Source: Escherichia phage vB_EcoM_SA20RB. Taken from it: a stretch of DNA of 64,000 nucleotides. Below, piece after piece: positions 48,193 to 58,457 of this stretch; positions within the stretch are counted from its first letter, which is position 1; the number at the start of each line of letters is the position of its first letter. Location of the stretch: sequence record OL960581; one strand, 5' to 3'. A model generated the notes under the pieces. That model had not been told where the DNA came from. It saw only the letters and a list, made by a program, of their open reading frames with translations, and did no database searches. The position numbers were made by a program, and so were the translations under genes.

Positions 48193-49367
48193 TGAGTATG
48201 TTGCAACGCCCAGGATATCCAAATCTCAGCGTTAAATTATTTGATAGCTACGACGCTTGGAGTAATAATAGATTTGTTGAATTAGCTGCTACTATTACCA
48301 CATTAACTATGCGGGATTCTCTTTATGGCCGAAATGAAGGAATGCTGCAGTTTTATGATTCTAAAAATATCCATACAAAAATGGATGGAAATGAAATAAT
48401 TCAGATTTCTGTAGCTAATGCAAACGATATTAATAATGTTAAAACACGAATTTATGGATGTAAGCATTTTTCCGTGTCAGTAGATTCAAAGGGTGATAAC
48501 ATCATTGCTATTGAATTGGGAACTATTCATTCTATAGAAAATCTTAAATTTGGCAGACCGTTTTTCCCTGATGCAGGTGAATCTATAAAGGAAATGCTTG
48601 GCGTCATTTATCAAGATCGCACATTATTAACTCCAGCGATAAATGCTATAAATGCTTATGTTCCTGATATTCCGTGGACTAGCACATTTGAAAACTATTT
48701 GTCGTATGTCAGAGAAGTTGCTCTAGCTGTAGGAAGTGACAAATTTGTGTTTGTGTGGCAAGACATCATGGGAGTTAACATGATGGACTATGATATGATG
48801 ATAAATCAAGAACCGTATCCAATGATTGTCGGTGAGCCATCTTTAATAGGCCAATTCATCCAAGAATTAAAATATCCATTAGCATATGATTTCGTTTGGT
48901 TGACTAAATCGAATCCTCACAAACGTGACCCAATGAAAAACGCTACTATCTATGCGCATTCATTTTTAGATTCTTCATTGCCAATGATTACTACAGGAAA
49001 GGGCGAAAACTCTATTGTAGTGTCAAGGTCAGGTGCTTATTCTGAAATGACTTATAGGAATGGATATGAAGAAGCTATTCGTCTTCAAACTATGGCACAA
49101 TACGATGGCTATGCTAAATGTTCTACTGTCGGTAATTTTAACTTGACTCCTGGCGTTAAAATTATTTTTAATGATAGTAAAAACCAATTTAAAACAGAAT
49201 TTTACGTTGATGAAGTTATCCATGAATTATCTAATAATAATTCAGTAACTCATTTATATATGTTCACTAATGCAACGAAACTGGAAACAATAGACCCAGT
49301 TAAGGTTAAAAATGAATTTAAATCTGATACTACCACTGAAGAAAGTAGTTCTTCCAATAAGCAATAA
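48192..49367 (+). CDS. 27: baseplate hub protein gp27
   Basis: 391 aa. Confidence 0.88.
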   Translation: MSMLQRPGYPNLSVKLFDSYDAWSNNRFVELAATITTLTMRDSLYGRNEGMLQFYDSKNIHTKMDGNEIIQISVANANDINNVKTRIYGCKHFSVSVDSKGDNIIAIELGTIHSIENLKFGRPFFPDAGESIKEMLGVIYQDRTLLTPAINAINAYVPDIPWTSTFENYLSYVREVALAVGSDKFVFVWQDIMGVNMMDYDMMINQEPYPMIVGEPSLIGQFIQELKYPLAYDFVWLTKSNPHKRDPMKNATIYAHSFLDSSLPMITTGKGENSIVVSRSGAYSEMTYRNGYEEAIRLQTMAQYDGYAKCSTVGNFNLTPGVKIIFNDSKNQFKTEFYVDEVIHELSNNNSVTHLYMFTNATKLETIDPVKVKNEFKSDTTTEESSSSNKQ

Positions 49368-49845
49368 AGAAGTTTCTATTCCTAAAATGGGTCTTAAACA
49401 TTATAACATTTTAAAAGATGTTAAAGGTCCTGATGAAAATTTAAAACTTCTTATTGATTCTATTTGCCCGAATTTATCACCAGCAGAAGTTGATTTCGTT
49501 TCCATTCATTTATTGGAATTTAATGGAAAGATTAAATCTCGTAAAGAAATAGATGGTTATACTTATGACATTAATGATGTTTATGTATGCCAAAGATTAG
49601 AATTTCAATACCAAGGAAATACATTTTATTTTAGACCTCCTGGAAAATTTGAACAATTTTTAACGGTGAGCGATATGTTATCCAAATGCTTGCTTAAGGT
49701 CAATGATGAAGTTAAAGAAATTAATTTTCTTGAGATGCCAGCATTCGTTTTAAAATGGGCAAATGATATTTTTACAACTTTAGCAATTCCTGGCCCTAAT
49801 GGTCCAATAACCGGAATTGGCAATATTATTGGATTATTTGAATGA
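49312..49845 (+). CDS. 28: baseplate hub distal protein gp28
   Basis: 177 aa; overlaps gene 27 end. Confidence 0.8.
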   Translation: MNLNLILPLKKVVLPISNKEVSIPKMGLKHYNILKDVKGPDENLKLLIDSICPNLSPAEVDFVSIHLLEFNGKIKSRKEIDGYTYDINDVYVCQRLEFQYQGNTFYFRPPGKFEQFLTVSDMLSKCLLKVNDEVKEINFLEMPAFVLKWANDIFTTLAIPGPNGPITGIGNIIGLFE

Positions 49846-51614
49846 AAAAGCCACAAGAAATGCAAACGATGCGTAGAAAAGTTATTTCAGATAATAAACC
49901 AACACAGGAAGCAGCTAAATCCGCTTCTAACACTTTATCTGGACTTAACGATATATCTACGAAATTGGATGATGCTCAAGCTGCTTCTGAATTAATTGCT
50001 CAAACTGTCGAAGAAAAATCGAATGAAATAATTGGAGCAATTGACAATGTAGAAAGCGCAGTGAGTGATACTACTGCTGGTTCTGAGTTAATTGCTGAAA
50101 CTGTCGAAATTGGCAATAATATTAATAAAGAAATCGGTGAATCGCTCGGAAGTAAATTAGATAAATTAACAAGTTTACTCGAGCAAAAAATCCAGACAGC
50201 CGGAATTCAACAAACAGGAACTAGTTTAGCTACGGTTGAAAGCGCTATTCCTGTTAAAGTTGTTGAGGACGATACAGCTGAATCTGTGGGTCCTTTATTA
50301 CCGGCTCCTGAAGCAGTTAATAATGATCCTGATGCTGATTTTTTCCCTACCCCTCAGCCAGTTGAACCTAAACAAGAATCGCCAGAAGAAAAACAGAAAA
50401 AAGACGCATTTAACTTAAAATTATCTCAAGCTTTAGATAAATTAACAAAGACTGTTGATTTTGGATTTAAGAAATCTATTTCAATTACTGATAAAATATC
50501 AAGCATGTTATTTAAGTATACCGTCAGTGCTGCTATTGAAGCCGCTAAAATGACTGCAATGATATTGGCTGTTGTTGTTGGAATAGATCTGCTGATGGTT
50601 CATTTCAAATATTGGTCAGATAAATTTTCGCAGGCTTGGGATTTGTTTAGTTCAAACTTTACTAAATTCTCTAGCGAAACCGGAACATGGGGTCCTTTAT
50701 TACAGAGCATCTTTAGTTCTATTGATGAAATTAAAAAATTCTGGGAAGAGGGAGATTGGGGCGGTTTGACGGTAGCTATTGTAGAAGGGCTTGGAAAGGT
50801 TCTTTATAATTTAGGAGAACTTATTCAGCTTGGAATGGCTAAATTATCTGCTGCAATTCTTCGAGTCATTCCTGGCATGAAGGATACCGCTGATGAAGTA
50901 GAAGGAAGAGCACTAGAAAATTTCCAAAATTCTACTGGAGCATCTCTCAATAAAGAAGACCAGGAAAAAGTTGCAAATTATCAAGATAAACGAATGAACG
51001 GAGACCTTGGTCCGATAGCAAAAGGATTAGATAAAATTGCTAATTGGAAAACTCGTGCATCTAACTGGATTCGTGGCGTTGATAATAAAGAAGCACTAAC
51101 TACCGACGAAGAACGCGCAGCAGAAGAAGAAAAATTAAAGCAACTTTCACCAGAAGAAAGAAAAAATGCTTTAATGAAGGCTAATGAAGCCCGGGCCGCG
51201 ATGATTCGTTTTGAAAAATATGCTGATTCAGCTGATATGAGTAAAGACTCAACGGTTAAATCAGTTGAAGCTGCCTATGAAGACCTTAAAAAACGGATGG
51301 ATGACCCGGATTTAAATAATTCACCGGCAGTTAAAAAAGAACTTGCTGCTAGATTTTCTAAAATTGATGCTACTTATCAAGAGCTCAAGAAAAATCAGCC
51401 TAATGCCAAACCTGAAACTTCTGCTAAATCGCCAGAAGCAAAACAAGTCCAGGTAATAGAAAAGAACAAAGCACAGCAAGCTCCTGTTCAACAAGCATCT
51501 CCTTCAATCAATAATACTAATAATGTTATTAAGAAAAATACTGTCGTTCATAATATGACACCCGTAACGAGCACGACTGCTCCTGGTGTATTTGATGCGA
51601 CCGGAGTTAATTAA
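49842..51614 (+). CDS. 29: tail tape-measure / hub protein gp29
   Basis: 590 aa, helical, low complexity. Confidence 0.85.
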   Translation: MKKPQEMQTMRRKVISDNKPTQEAAKSASNTLSGLNDISTKLDDAQAASELIAQTVEEKSNEIIGAIDNVESAVSDTTAGSELIAETVEIGNNINKEIGESLGSKLDKLTSLLEQKIQTAGIQQTGTSLATVESAIPVKVVEDDTAESVGPLLPAPEAVNNDPDADFFPTPQPVEPKQESPEEKQKKDAFNLKLSQALDKLTKTVDFGFKKSISITDKISSMLFKYTVSAAIEAAKMTAMILAVVVGIDLLMVHFKYWSDKFSQAWDLFSSNFTKFSSETGTWGPLLQSIFSSIDEIKKFWEEGDWGGLTVAIVEGLGKVLYNLGELIQLGMAKLSAAILRVIPGMKDTADEVEGRALENFQNSTGASLNKEDQEKVANYQDKRMNGDLGPIAKGLDKIANWKTRASNWIRGVDNKEALTTDEERAAEEEKLKQLSPEERKNALMKANEARAAMIRFEKYADSADMSKDSTVKSVEAAYEDLKKRMDDPDLNNSPAVKKELAARFSKIDATYQELKKNQPNAKPETSAKSPEAKQVQVIEKNKAQQAPVQQASPSINNTNNVIKKNTVVHNMTPVTSTTAPGVFDATGVN

Positions 51615-51622
51615 GGAATAAT

Positions 51623-52717
51623 ATGGCAATTGTTAAAGAAATAACTGCTGATTTAATTAAAAAGTCCGGTGAGAAAATTTCAGCCGGACAGAGTACTAAA
51701 TCAGAAGTAGCAACTAAAACATACACTGCCCAGTTTCCAACTGGGCGTGCTAGTGGTAATGACACTACAGGGGACTTCCAGGTAACAGATCTATATAAGA
51801 ATGGATTATTATTTACTGCATACAATATGTCATCTAGGGATTCTGGAAGTCTTAGATCGATGAGATCTAACTACTCTTCTTCATCTTCGAGTATTTTAAG
51901 TACAGCTAGAAACACTATTAGTAGTACAGTATCAAAACTATCAAATGGATTAATATCAAACAATAATTCAGGAACAATAAGTAAAGCTCCTGTGGCAAAT
52001 ATTCTTTTGCCGAGATCTAAATCTGATGTTGATACATCATCACACCGATTTAATGATGTTCAAGAAAGTCTTATCAGCAGAGGCGGAGGTACTGCTACTG
52101 GCGTGTTAAGTAATATTGCTTCAACTGCAGTATTTGGTGCGCTAGAAAGTATAACACAAGGTATAATGGCTGATAATAATGAACAGATTTATACGACAGC
52201 CAGAAGTATGTATGGCGGTGCTGAGAATAGAACTAAAGTGTTTACATGGGATTTGACTCCACGTTCAACAGAAGATTTAATGGCTATTATTAATATCTAT
52301 CAATATTTTAACTATTTTTCTTATGGTGAAACGGGCAAATCTCAATATGCTGCTGAAATAAAGGGGTATTTGGATGATTGGTATCGTTCTACGTTAATTG
52401 AACCTTTATCTCCGGAAGACGCAGCTAAAAATAAAACGCTATTTGAGAAAATGACATCGAGTTTAACTAACGTTCTAGTAGTTTCAAACCCGACAATTTG
52501 GATGGTGAAAAACTTTGGTGCAACATCTAAGTTTGATGGAAAAACGGAAATATTTGGCCCATGCCAAATACAGAGCATCAGATTTGATAAAACACCTAAT
52601 GGTAACTTTAACGGATTAGCTATTGCTCCAAACCTCCCTAGTACATTTACTCTTGAGATTACTATGAGAGAAATTATCACGTTAAACCGTGCTTCTTTAT
52701 ATGCGGGGACTTTTTAA
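51623..52717 (+). CDS. 48: baseplate tail-tube junction protein gp48
   Basis: 364 aa. Confidence 0.85.
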   Translation: MAIVKEITADLIKKSGEKISAGQSTKSEVATKTYTAQFPTGRASGNDTTGDFQVTDLYKNGLLFTAYNMSSRDSGSLRSMRSNYSSSSSSILSTARNTISSTVSKLSNGLISNNNSGTISKAPVANILLPRSKSDVDTSSHRFNDVQESLISRGGGTATGVLSNIASTAVFGALESITQGIMADNNEQIYTTARSMYGGAENRTKVFTWDLTPRSTEDLMAIINIYQYFNYFSYGETGKSQYAAEIKGYLDDWYRSTLIEPLSPEDAAKNKTLFEKMTSSLTNVLVVSNPTIWMVKNFGATSKFDGKTEIFGPCQIQSIRFDKTPNGNFNGLAIAPNLPSTFTLEITMREIITLNRASLYAGTF

Positions 52718-53682
52718 TGTATTCTTTAGAGGAATTTAATAATCAAGCAATAAACGCAGATTTCCAACGTAATAATATGTTTAGCTGCGTTTTTGCGACA
52801 ACTCCATCAACTAAAAGCTCTTCGTTGATAAGTTCAATTAGCAACTTTTCTTATAATAACTTGGGTCTAAATTCAGATTGGTTAGGATTGACTCAAGGCG
52901 ATATTAATCAGGGAATTACCACGCTAATTACTGCTGGCACACAAAAACTGATAAGAAAATCAGGGGTTAGTAAATATCTTATTGGTGCCATGAGTCAACG
53001 CACAGTTCAAAGTTTATTGGGCTCATTTACAGTTGGTACATATTTAATTGACTTCTTTAACATGGCATATAACTCATCTGGATTGATGATATATTCTGTA
53101 AAAATGCCAGAGAATAGATTATCCTATGAAACTGACTGGAACTATAATTCTCCTAATATTCGTATAACTGGGAGAGAATTAGACCCTTTGGTTATTTCAT
53201 TTAGAATGGATTCAGAAGCTTGTAACTATCGTGCAATGCAAGACTGGGTTAACGCTGTTCAAGACCCAGTAACTGGATTGCGTGCTTTGCCACAAGATGT
53301 CGAGGCAGATATTCAGGTTAATCTTCATGCTCGTAATGGATTACCTCATACTGCGGTGATGTTCACTGGATGCATTCCAGTGTCAGTGAGCGCTCCTGAG
53401 TTATCATATGATGGAGATAACCAAATAACTACATTTGATGTTACTTTTGCGTATAGAGTCATGCAGGCTGGGTCGGTTGATAGACAAGCTGCGCTTGAAT
53501 GGCTTGAATCTGCTGCTATAAACGGTATTCAAAGCGTTCTTGGAAATAGTGGAGGTGTTACTGGACTATCTAATTCGCTTTCACGACTTAGTAGATTAGG
53601 AGGAACTGCTGGAAGCATTTCAAACATTAATACTATGACGGGAATTGTCAACTCGCAAAGTAAAATATTAGGAGCAATATAA
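52717..53682 (+). CDS. 54: baseplate tail-tube initiator gp54
   Basis: 321 aa. Confidence 0.85.
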   Translation: MYSLEEFNNQAINADFQRNNMFSCVFATTPSTKSSSLISSISNFSYNNLGLNSDWLGLTQGDINQGITTLITAGTQKLIRKSGVSKYLIGAMSQRTVQSLLGSFTVGTYLIDFFNMAYNSSGLMIYSVKMPENRLSYETDWNYNSPNIRITGRELDPLVISFRMDSEACNYRAMQDWVNAVQDPVTGLRALPQDVEADIQVNLHARNGLPHTAVMFTGCIPVSVSAPELSYDGDNQITTFDVTFAYRVMQAGSVDRQAALEWLESAAINGIQSVLGNSGGVTGLSNSLSRLSRLGGTAGSISNINTMTGIVNSQSKILGAI

Positions 53683-53686
53683 CAAT

Positions 53687-53716
53687 GGGGACCTTTCGGT
53701 CCCCATATTTTTATTT
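53687..53716. terminator. bidirectional terminator after gene 54
   Basis: GGGGACC-UUUC-GGUCCCC followed by AUAUUUUUAUUU. Confidence 0.6.
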
Positions 53717-54001
53717 ACGGAATGAAATAAAAGCAGCAACTGAAGCAACTAAACTGTCTTCAATATAAACTTCAATTTTTACCGGAGCTTCTGACTCAAA
53801 TTTACCTGTTACTACACCTTGGAAAATGCTTTCAGTCTGTTCTGGCTTTGAAAAATTTTCAGAAGGAAAAATTCCGAACTTTTTATCTGTTCCAAAAATT
53901 TTGATAAATTCATCGTAAACCGCTTCATTAAAAGCATTATCAGCAGGAATAACGCCTTCAACTACGAGTTCTTGACCTAAAAAGCGCAAAGAAGATTTCA
54001 T
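53711..54001 (-). CDS. hypothetical protein (96 aa)
   Basis: Six-frame ORF with early promoter upstream. Confidence 0.6.
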   Translation of the reverse strand: MKSSLRFLGQELVVEGVIPADNAFNEAVYDEFIKIFGTDKKFGIFPSENFSKPEQTESIFQGVVTGKFESEAPVKIEVYIEDSLVASVAAFISFRK

Positions 54002-54032
54002 TTTGTGTTCCTCATGTTATATCAGTAAGTCT

Positions 54033-54067
54033 ACTATAACACAACATGAGGGACTTGTAAACTACAT
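54033..54067 (-). promoter_or_regulatory. sigma70-type early promoter (-35 TTTACA 54061..54056, -10 TATAGT 54038..54033)
   Basis: Minus: gtagTTTACAagtccctcatgttgtgtTATAGT, 17-bp spacer. Confidence 0.55.
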
Positions 54068-56119
54068 CTTGAACTTTTTAGACATTCCGTTGATGTTAAC
54101 CAAAGAAGCTAAGATTTGAGAAACTTCGTTTTCCTCTTCTTTTGATTCTTCTACAAGGAATTGGTTAAATCCAGTCATTGGACGAACTTCACCAGTTTCC
54201 ATCAGATGATCGCCATCATATACCGATTCTTCTAATTGTTCAGAAGGAGGAACGATTGTGCCTTCGATTAGATACTTGTTATAAGCAGTTTCTTTCATCA
54301 TGTACGTGCTTACTTTATTAATCTTCAACAAAATTCCACGCGGTAAAATAACTTCAGCTTCTGATGGAAATCCTGATAAATGACCTGGAACGATAACTTT
54401 AATTCGCTCAGCTCCTTTTATTACCATACCTACGCTAGTTTCAGCATCTTCATTAGCATATGCAGAATGACTACCCATATGCATTAAATCTTCAGCATCA
54501 ACGGAACCTTCTCCTTCACCAGAAAATACTGCACCGGAATCATCTAGAGCCATATAGTTTTTACCATGCTCACCGAAGATATTTGGTTTAAGCGATGTTG
54601 ATACGAAGTTCTTGAAATAGAACATTTTATTTTCAATATTATGACGTAAAGTTTTAAAGGTAACTTCTTGTCCACGGTAAAGTGTAGTTCCTGGAGGAAG
54701 AACTGATCCTTTGGCAAAGGCAGAATCCATTGTCTCGATGTGTTTAATAGCTCGTTCCATGTATTCTTCACGGGTAGAATCTGGTTTACCCAAGAGGAAC
54801 GAGTTCATTTCAACATATGAATCTGCACAATAATCTTCAATTACATCAGACTCAGCCTGAGTCAGTCCTTTTGGAGTTACTTCGGTGCTTGCGTATTCAT
54901 ATGCCTGAGCAGCAGATTCATTAATCAATTTATAAATGCTATTCATGACAAATTGAATAATAGCTACTTTTTCGTCTGGCGTGGCTTTAGAACCTTTAAC
55001 TAAATCATTGATAATTTTCTTAATAACATCAAAGCTATTAGAAATATTAATGTCAGCGAGATCGCTTAAAATTTTATCAGTTTTATAATCAAAAAATTCT
55101 TTATTCTTTAAATATTCTTTAGAACCTTGATATGTTATATCGCTCTGCAGCTTGATAGATGGATCACGTAAACGTGCATGGGCCAATGCAATATGATTTC
55201 GGAAGCTTTCTAGTTCATAATCGTTAGATTTAAAACGAGAAGCACTTCTCATACCACCGATAGCTCCTTTGCCGAAGTTTGAACCAATCTGAATAACACC
55301 AGAGTTCATTGGTCCTTCTGCTTTATATACCGGAACTTTAGATTCAAACTCTTGATATTTCTTGGCAGCGAAGCTATCACCCTGAAGTGAAGCATCGACA
55401 GTAGAATATTGAGCTTGTGCTGCTAATCGACGACTAATTTTAGTTTTCTGAATAACAGCTTGATCCGTGCGCTTATCATTTTCTAAAGCAATAGAAGCAG
55501 CAACAGCAACAGCTTTAGGAACAGCATTACCTGTTTTAACATCTACATAAACATCACCAACCTTTGATTCAACTTTTGTGAATAACTCAGTTGAAATAGG
55601 AGGTACACCTGGAATGTCTTCTAAATTGGCATTTTTACGGTAAACCATAATATATGCATACTTTTTATCATAATCCCAAATTTCCTTTAAAAGAACATAT
55701 CGACCTGCTCCTTTAGTACGTACTAAACGGTCAGCAATAACTTGCATTTGACGAGCAGCGCCATTTGTTTTACTTTTTAGTACGCGGAATAGGCATGCGT
55801 CAATTTTATACTGTTTCATTGTTTGAAGAGCAGTATCAAAAACCGCATTAATGACACCAATTGGATTTCCACCCAAGTTTTTAAGTTTAACGAGCGATAG
55901 TTTCTCATTGACACCTATCATTACGATATGCATCATTTTATCGCCTGGCTTAACGTTTTTATTTGTATCACCGCCAGAGGTGTATGTACAAAATCTAAAT
56001 CCAGGAAGCACACTTTCTTCGCCGGCTTGAATAGCAAAAATTTGAGGTATTTTATGCTTAGGATTTAAGTTAACAACCGGCGCCGAAGCGCCGTCAAATA
56101 ATTCTGTAATAAGTTCCAT
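54062..56119 (-). CDS. alt: Alt-like ADP-ribosyltransferase, copy A (685 aa)
   Basis: Closest in length to T4 Alt; C-terminal ...FKNFVSTSL... and ...EAEVILPRG... fit the R-S-ExE ART signature. Confidence 0.8.
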   Translation of the reverse strand: MELITELFDGASAPVVNLNPKHKIPQIFAIQAGEESVLPGFRFCTYTSGGDTNKNVKPGDKMMHIVMIGVNEKLSLVKLKNLGGNPIGVINAVFDTALQTMKQYKIDACLFRVLKSKTNGAARQMQVIADRLVRTKGAGRYVLLKEIWDYDKKYAYIMVYRKNANLEDIPGVPPISTELFTKVESKVGDVYVDVKTGNAVPKAVAVAASIALENDKRTDQAVIQKTKISRRLAAQAQYSTVDASLQGDSFAAKKYQEFESKVPVYKAEGPMNSGVIQIGSNFGKGAIGGMRSASRFKSNDYELESFRNHIALAHARLRDPSIKLQSDITYQGSKEYLKNKEFFDYKTDKILSDLADINISNSFDVIKKIINDLVKGSKATPDEKVAIIQFVMNSIYKLINESAAQAYEYASTEVTPKGLTQAESDVIEDYCADSYVEMNSFLLGKPDSTREEYMERAIKHIETMDSAFAKGSVLPPGTTLYRGQEVTFKTLRHNIENKMFYFKNFVSTSLKPNIFGEHGKNYMALDDSGAVFSGEGEGSVDAEDLMHMGSHSAYANEDAETSVGMVIKGAERIKVIVPGHLSGFPSEAEVILPRGILLKINKVSTYMMKETAYNKYLIEGTIVPPSEQLEESVYDGDHLMETGEVRPMTGFNQFLVEESKEEENEVSQILASLVNINGMSKKFKM

Positions 56120-56122
56120 GAT

Positions 56123-58219
56123 TTATCCTTGAACGAACTTGTAAGGCATGTTTGCAATATCTATGCAAGATGCAATAATTCCAAGAGATGATTCTACTTT
56201 TTGTTTAACATTTGATGAAACAAATGATGCAAAGTCAACTCTGTCTTCTATTTCAATATCACCTGTCATTGCAACTACTTCACCAGTTTCCATTAGACGG
56301 TCACCGTCATAAATTACTGATTCGGTGAGTTCTTCCGTAGTCATAACTTCAGCTTGAATGAGTTTTGTATTATTAGATGTTGTTCCGTCATTATTAGAAG
56401 CATCAGTTATTTTATTAACTTTGACCATCAATCCGCGTGGTAGAATTACTTCAGCTTCTGTTGCTATTCCTAGACTTCCTGGATATACAACATTAACTTT
56501 ATGAGCTCCATCAATTGCCCATCCTATTTGAACTTTAACGTATTCAGGATTTTCTTTATACGCTCTTATTTCGTTTGGATTAATAGTTATTCCTTCTTCA
56601 TTTTTATCAACTGTCAATTCATTACGAGCTTCTGGTTCTAAAAGACCAATACCAGCATGTGTAATTCCAAAACGTCCAAAAATGATAGGAGTTAAAGAAG
56701 TAGATACAAAATTTCTGAAATAGAACACTTTATTTTTAACTAGTGCTTCGTATATAGGAGCAGTCATGCTTTGAGCACGATAAACTGTAATGCCTTCTGG
56801 TATACGATCACCATTTTCAAAAGCTGAATCTAAGTTATTTATAGCAGATTCAATTTCTTTTTCACTCATTACATCATATCGTTCTGGATTGTAACGACCC
56901 AAAAGAAGATTATTGATGTCAGTATATCCTGAACCACAATACTCTCTAATGCCGCGCTTTTGTGATGGAGTATATTTAGAACCATCACGGGCAATAGTAA
57001 TATCAATCATTGGACCTGCACCAATTCCAGAAAAGCTATAAATCATTCTTTTAAGGAATTTAGTTTTTGCTGCGTTCCAGGAATTTTTAGTTATTTCTTC
57101 CCAGACTTCATCTGGCTGCCCTTTACGAGTTTTATTATGTTTATCAAGCCAATTATCTTTATATTCTTCAAAGAATTGATTAACAGCTGCTGCGTATTTC
57201 TCTAAACATTTTATTGAAGTAGTTGGTTCATTTTTAATCGCATTAAGAATTACATCTTTAATTTTTTCAGAAACTTCATTAACCTCACTTTTTGAAAAGA
57301 ATTTATAATCATAGTGAAGTTCATTTGCAGTTCCTTCAGCAATAATTTTTGCTGTCTTTGTTTTAGAAGCTAATGAATTAATTCCAAGCTTCATTTCTTC
57401 TGCTTCGGGAATTAAAGGAGCGGTAGCAGGTTTATTGAAATTAGCTGCGGTAGATTCATACTTCTGGAATAATTCACTTTCAAATCTAGAAGATTCTAAT
57501 GATTGACTTTGCGCAATTGCTCTACGGGAAATTTTAACTTTAACGATTACAGCTTGGTCAGAACGTTTATCATTTTCTTGCGCAATAGATGCAGCAATTG
57601 CCTCATTTTTAGTTACTTGAGCTCCAGTATCTTTATTGATATAAACATCACCAACCTTCGATTCAACTTTAGTAAAGAGCTCGGTACTAATTTCCGGAAC
57701 TCCTGGAATGTCTTCTAGTGATACATTTTTGCGATGTATAAGAATATATGCATACTTTTTATCGTAATCCCAAAGTTCCTTAAGAAGGACGTATCTGCCG
57801 CCTGAGCGACTACGGATAAGTCTATCAGCAATAAGTTGAATTTGACGAGCTTGACCAGCAGTTTTAGACTTAAGAATACGGAGCATGCAGGCATCAATTT
57901 TATACTGACGCATCGTCTGCATCGCAACAGTAAAAACTGAATTGATGTAATTAATTGGGCTTGGACCGAGACCTTTTAATTTAGCAATTGAACCTTTAGC
58001 AGTTAATGTAAAAGGAACAATATGCATCATTTTATCGCCCATTTTTAAATCGCGATTAGTATCACCTCCAGATGTATAGGTACATAAACGAAAGCCTGGT
58101 TGTTCAATTGCGTCATCAACATGAACTGAAAAAATTTGCGGTATTTTCTTCTTTGGATTTAAGTTTGTAATCGGAAGAGTAGTATCTTCGTCAAATAATT
58201 CTGTAATGAGTTCCATCAT
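56123..58219 (-). CDS. Alt-like ADP-ribosyltransferase, copy B (698 aa)
   Basis: Paralog of copy A (conserved N-terminal ~230 aa and C-terminal STS / EAE motifs, divergent middle); late promoter upstream. Confidence 0.75.
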   Translation of the reverse strand: MMELITELFDEDTTLPITNLNPKKKIPQIFSVHVDDAIEQPGFRLCTYTSGGDTNRDLKMGDKMMHIVPFTLTAKGSIAKLKGLGPSPINYINSVFTVAMQTMRQYKIDACMLRILKSKTAGQARQIQLIADRLIRSRSGGRYVLLKELWDYDKKYAYILIHRKNVSLEDIPGVPEISTELFTKVESKVGDVYINKDTGAQVTKNEAIAASIAQENDKRSDQAVIVKVKISRRAIAQSQSLESSRFESELFQKYESTAANFNKPATAPLIPEAEEMKLGINSLASKTKTAKIIAEGTANELHYDYKFFSKSEVNEVSEKIKDVILNAIKNEPTTSIKCLEKYAAAVNQFFEEYKDNWLDKHNKTRKGQPDEVWEEITKNSWNAAKTKFLKRMIYSFSGIGAGPMIDITIARDGSKYTPSQKRGIREYCGSGYTDINNLLLGRYNPERYDVMSEKEIESAINNLDSAFENGDRIPEGITVYRAQSMTAPIYEALVKNKVFYFRNFVSTSLTPIIFGRFGITHAGIGLLEPEARNELTVDKNEEGITINPNEIRAYKENPEYVKVQIGWAIDGAHKVNVVYPGSLGIATEAEVILPRGLMVKVNKITDASNNDGTTSNNTKLIQAEVMTTEELTESVIYDGDRLMETGEVVAMTGDIEIEDRVDFASFVSSNVKQKVESSLGIIASCIDIANMPYKFVQG

Positions 58220-58239
58220 ATCCTCTCTAGTGTTTATTC

Positions 58240-58247
58240 TATTTATA
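58240..58247 (-). promoter_or_regulatory. late promoter TATAAATA for the alt pair
   Basis: Plus tatttata 21 nt upstream of ATG 58219; preceded by a hairpin. Confidence 0.6.
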
Positions 58248-58252
58248 AAATT

Positions 58253-58270
58253 AAAGGCCCGAAGGCCTTT
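58253..58270 (-). terminator. AAAGGCC-UUCG-GGCCUUU hairpin
   Basis: C(UUCG)G hairpin overlapping stop of 58269..58457. Confidence 0.45.
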
Positions 58271-58457
58271 AATAATCTATTGGTAAGAGAGTACGATATA
58301 TTTCAAACTTTGGACCTTTTTCGTAGGCATCAAATGTTTCTGTAAATTTATTATAAGCATATGCATCTATAAATTCAATCATAATTTGTGATACAGAAGT
58401 AGAAACATCTCCACCTTCTTTTTGAGCAACGACAATTGTTTCTAAGTAAGCTTTCAT
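58269..58457 (-). CDS. hypothetical protein (62 aa)
   Basis: ATGA overlap with gene 30 stop. Confidence 0.55.
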   Translation of the reverse strand: MKAYLETIVVAQKEGGDVSTSVSQIMIEFIDAYAYNKFTETFDAYEKGPKFEIYRTLLPIDY

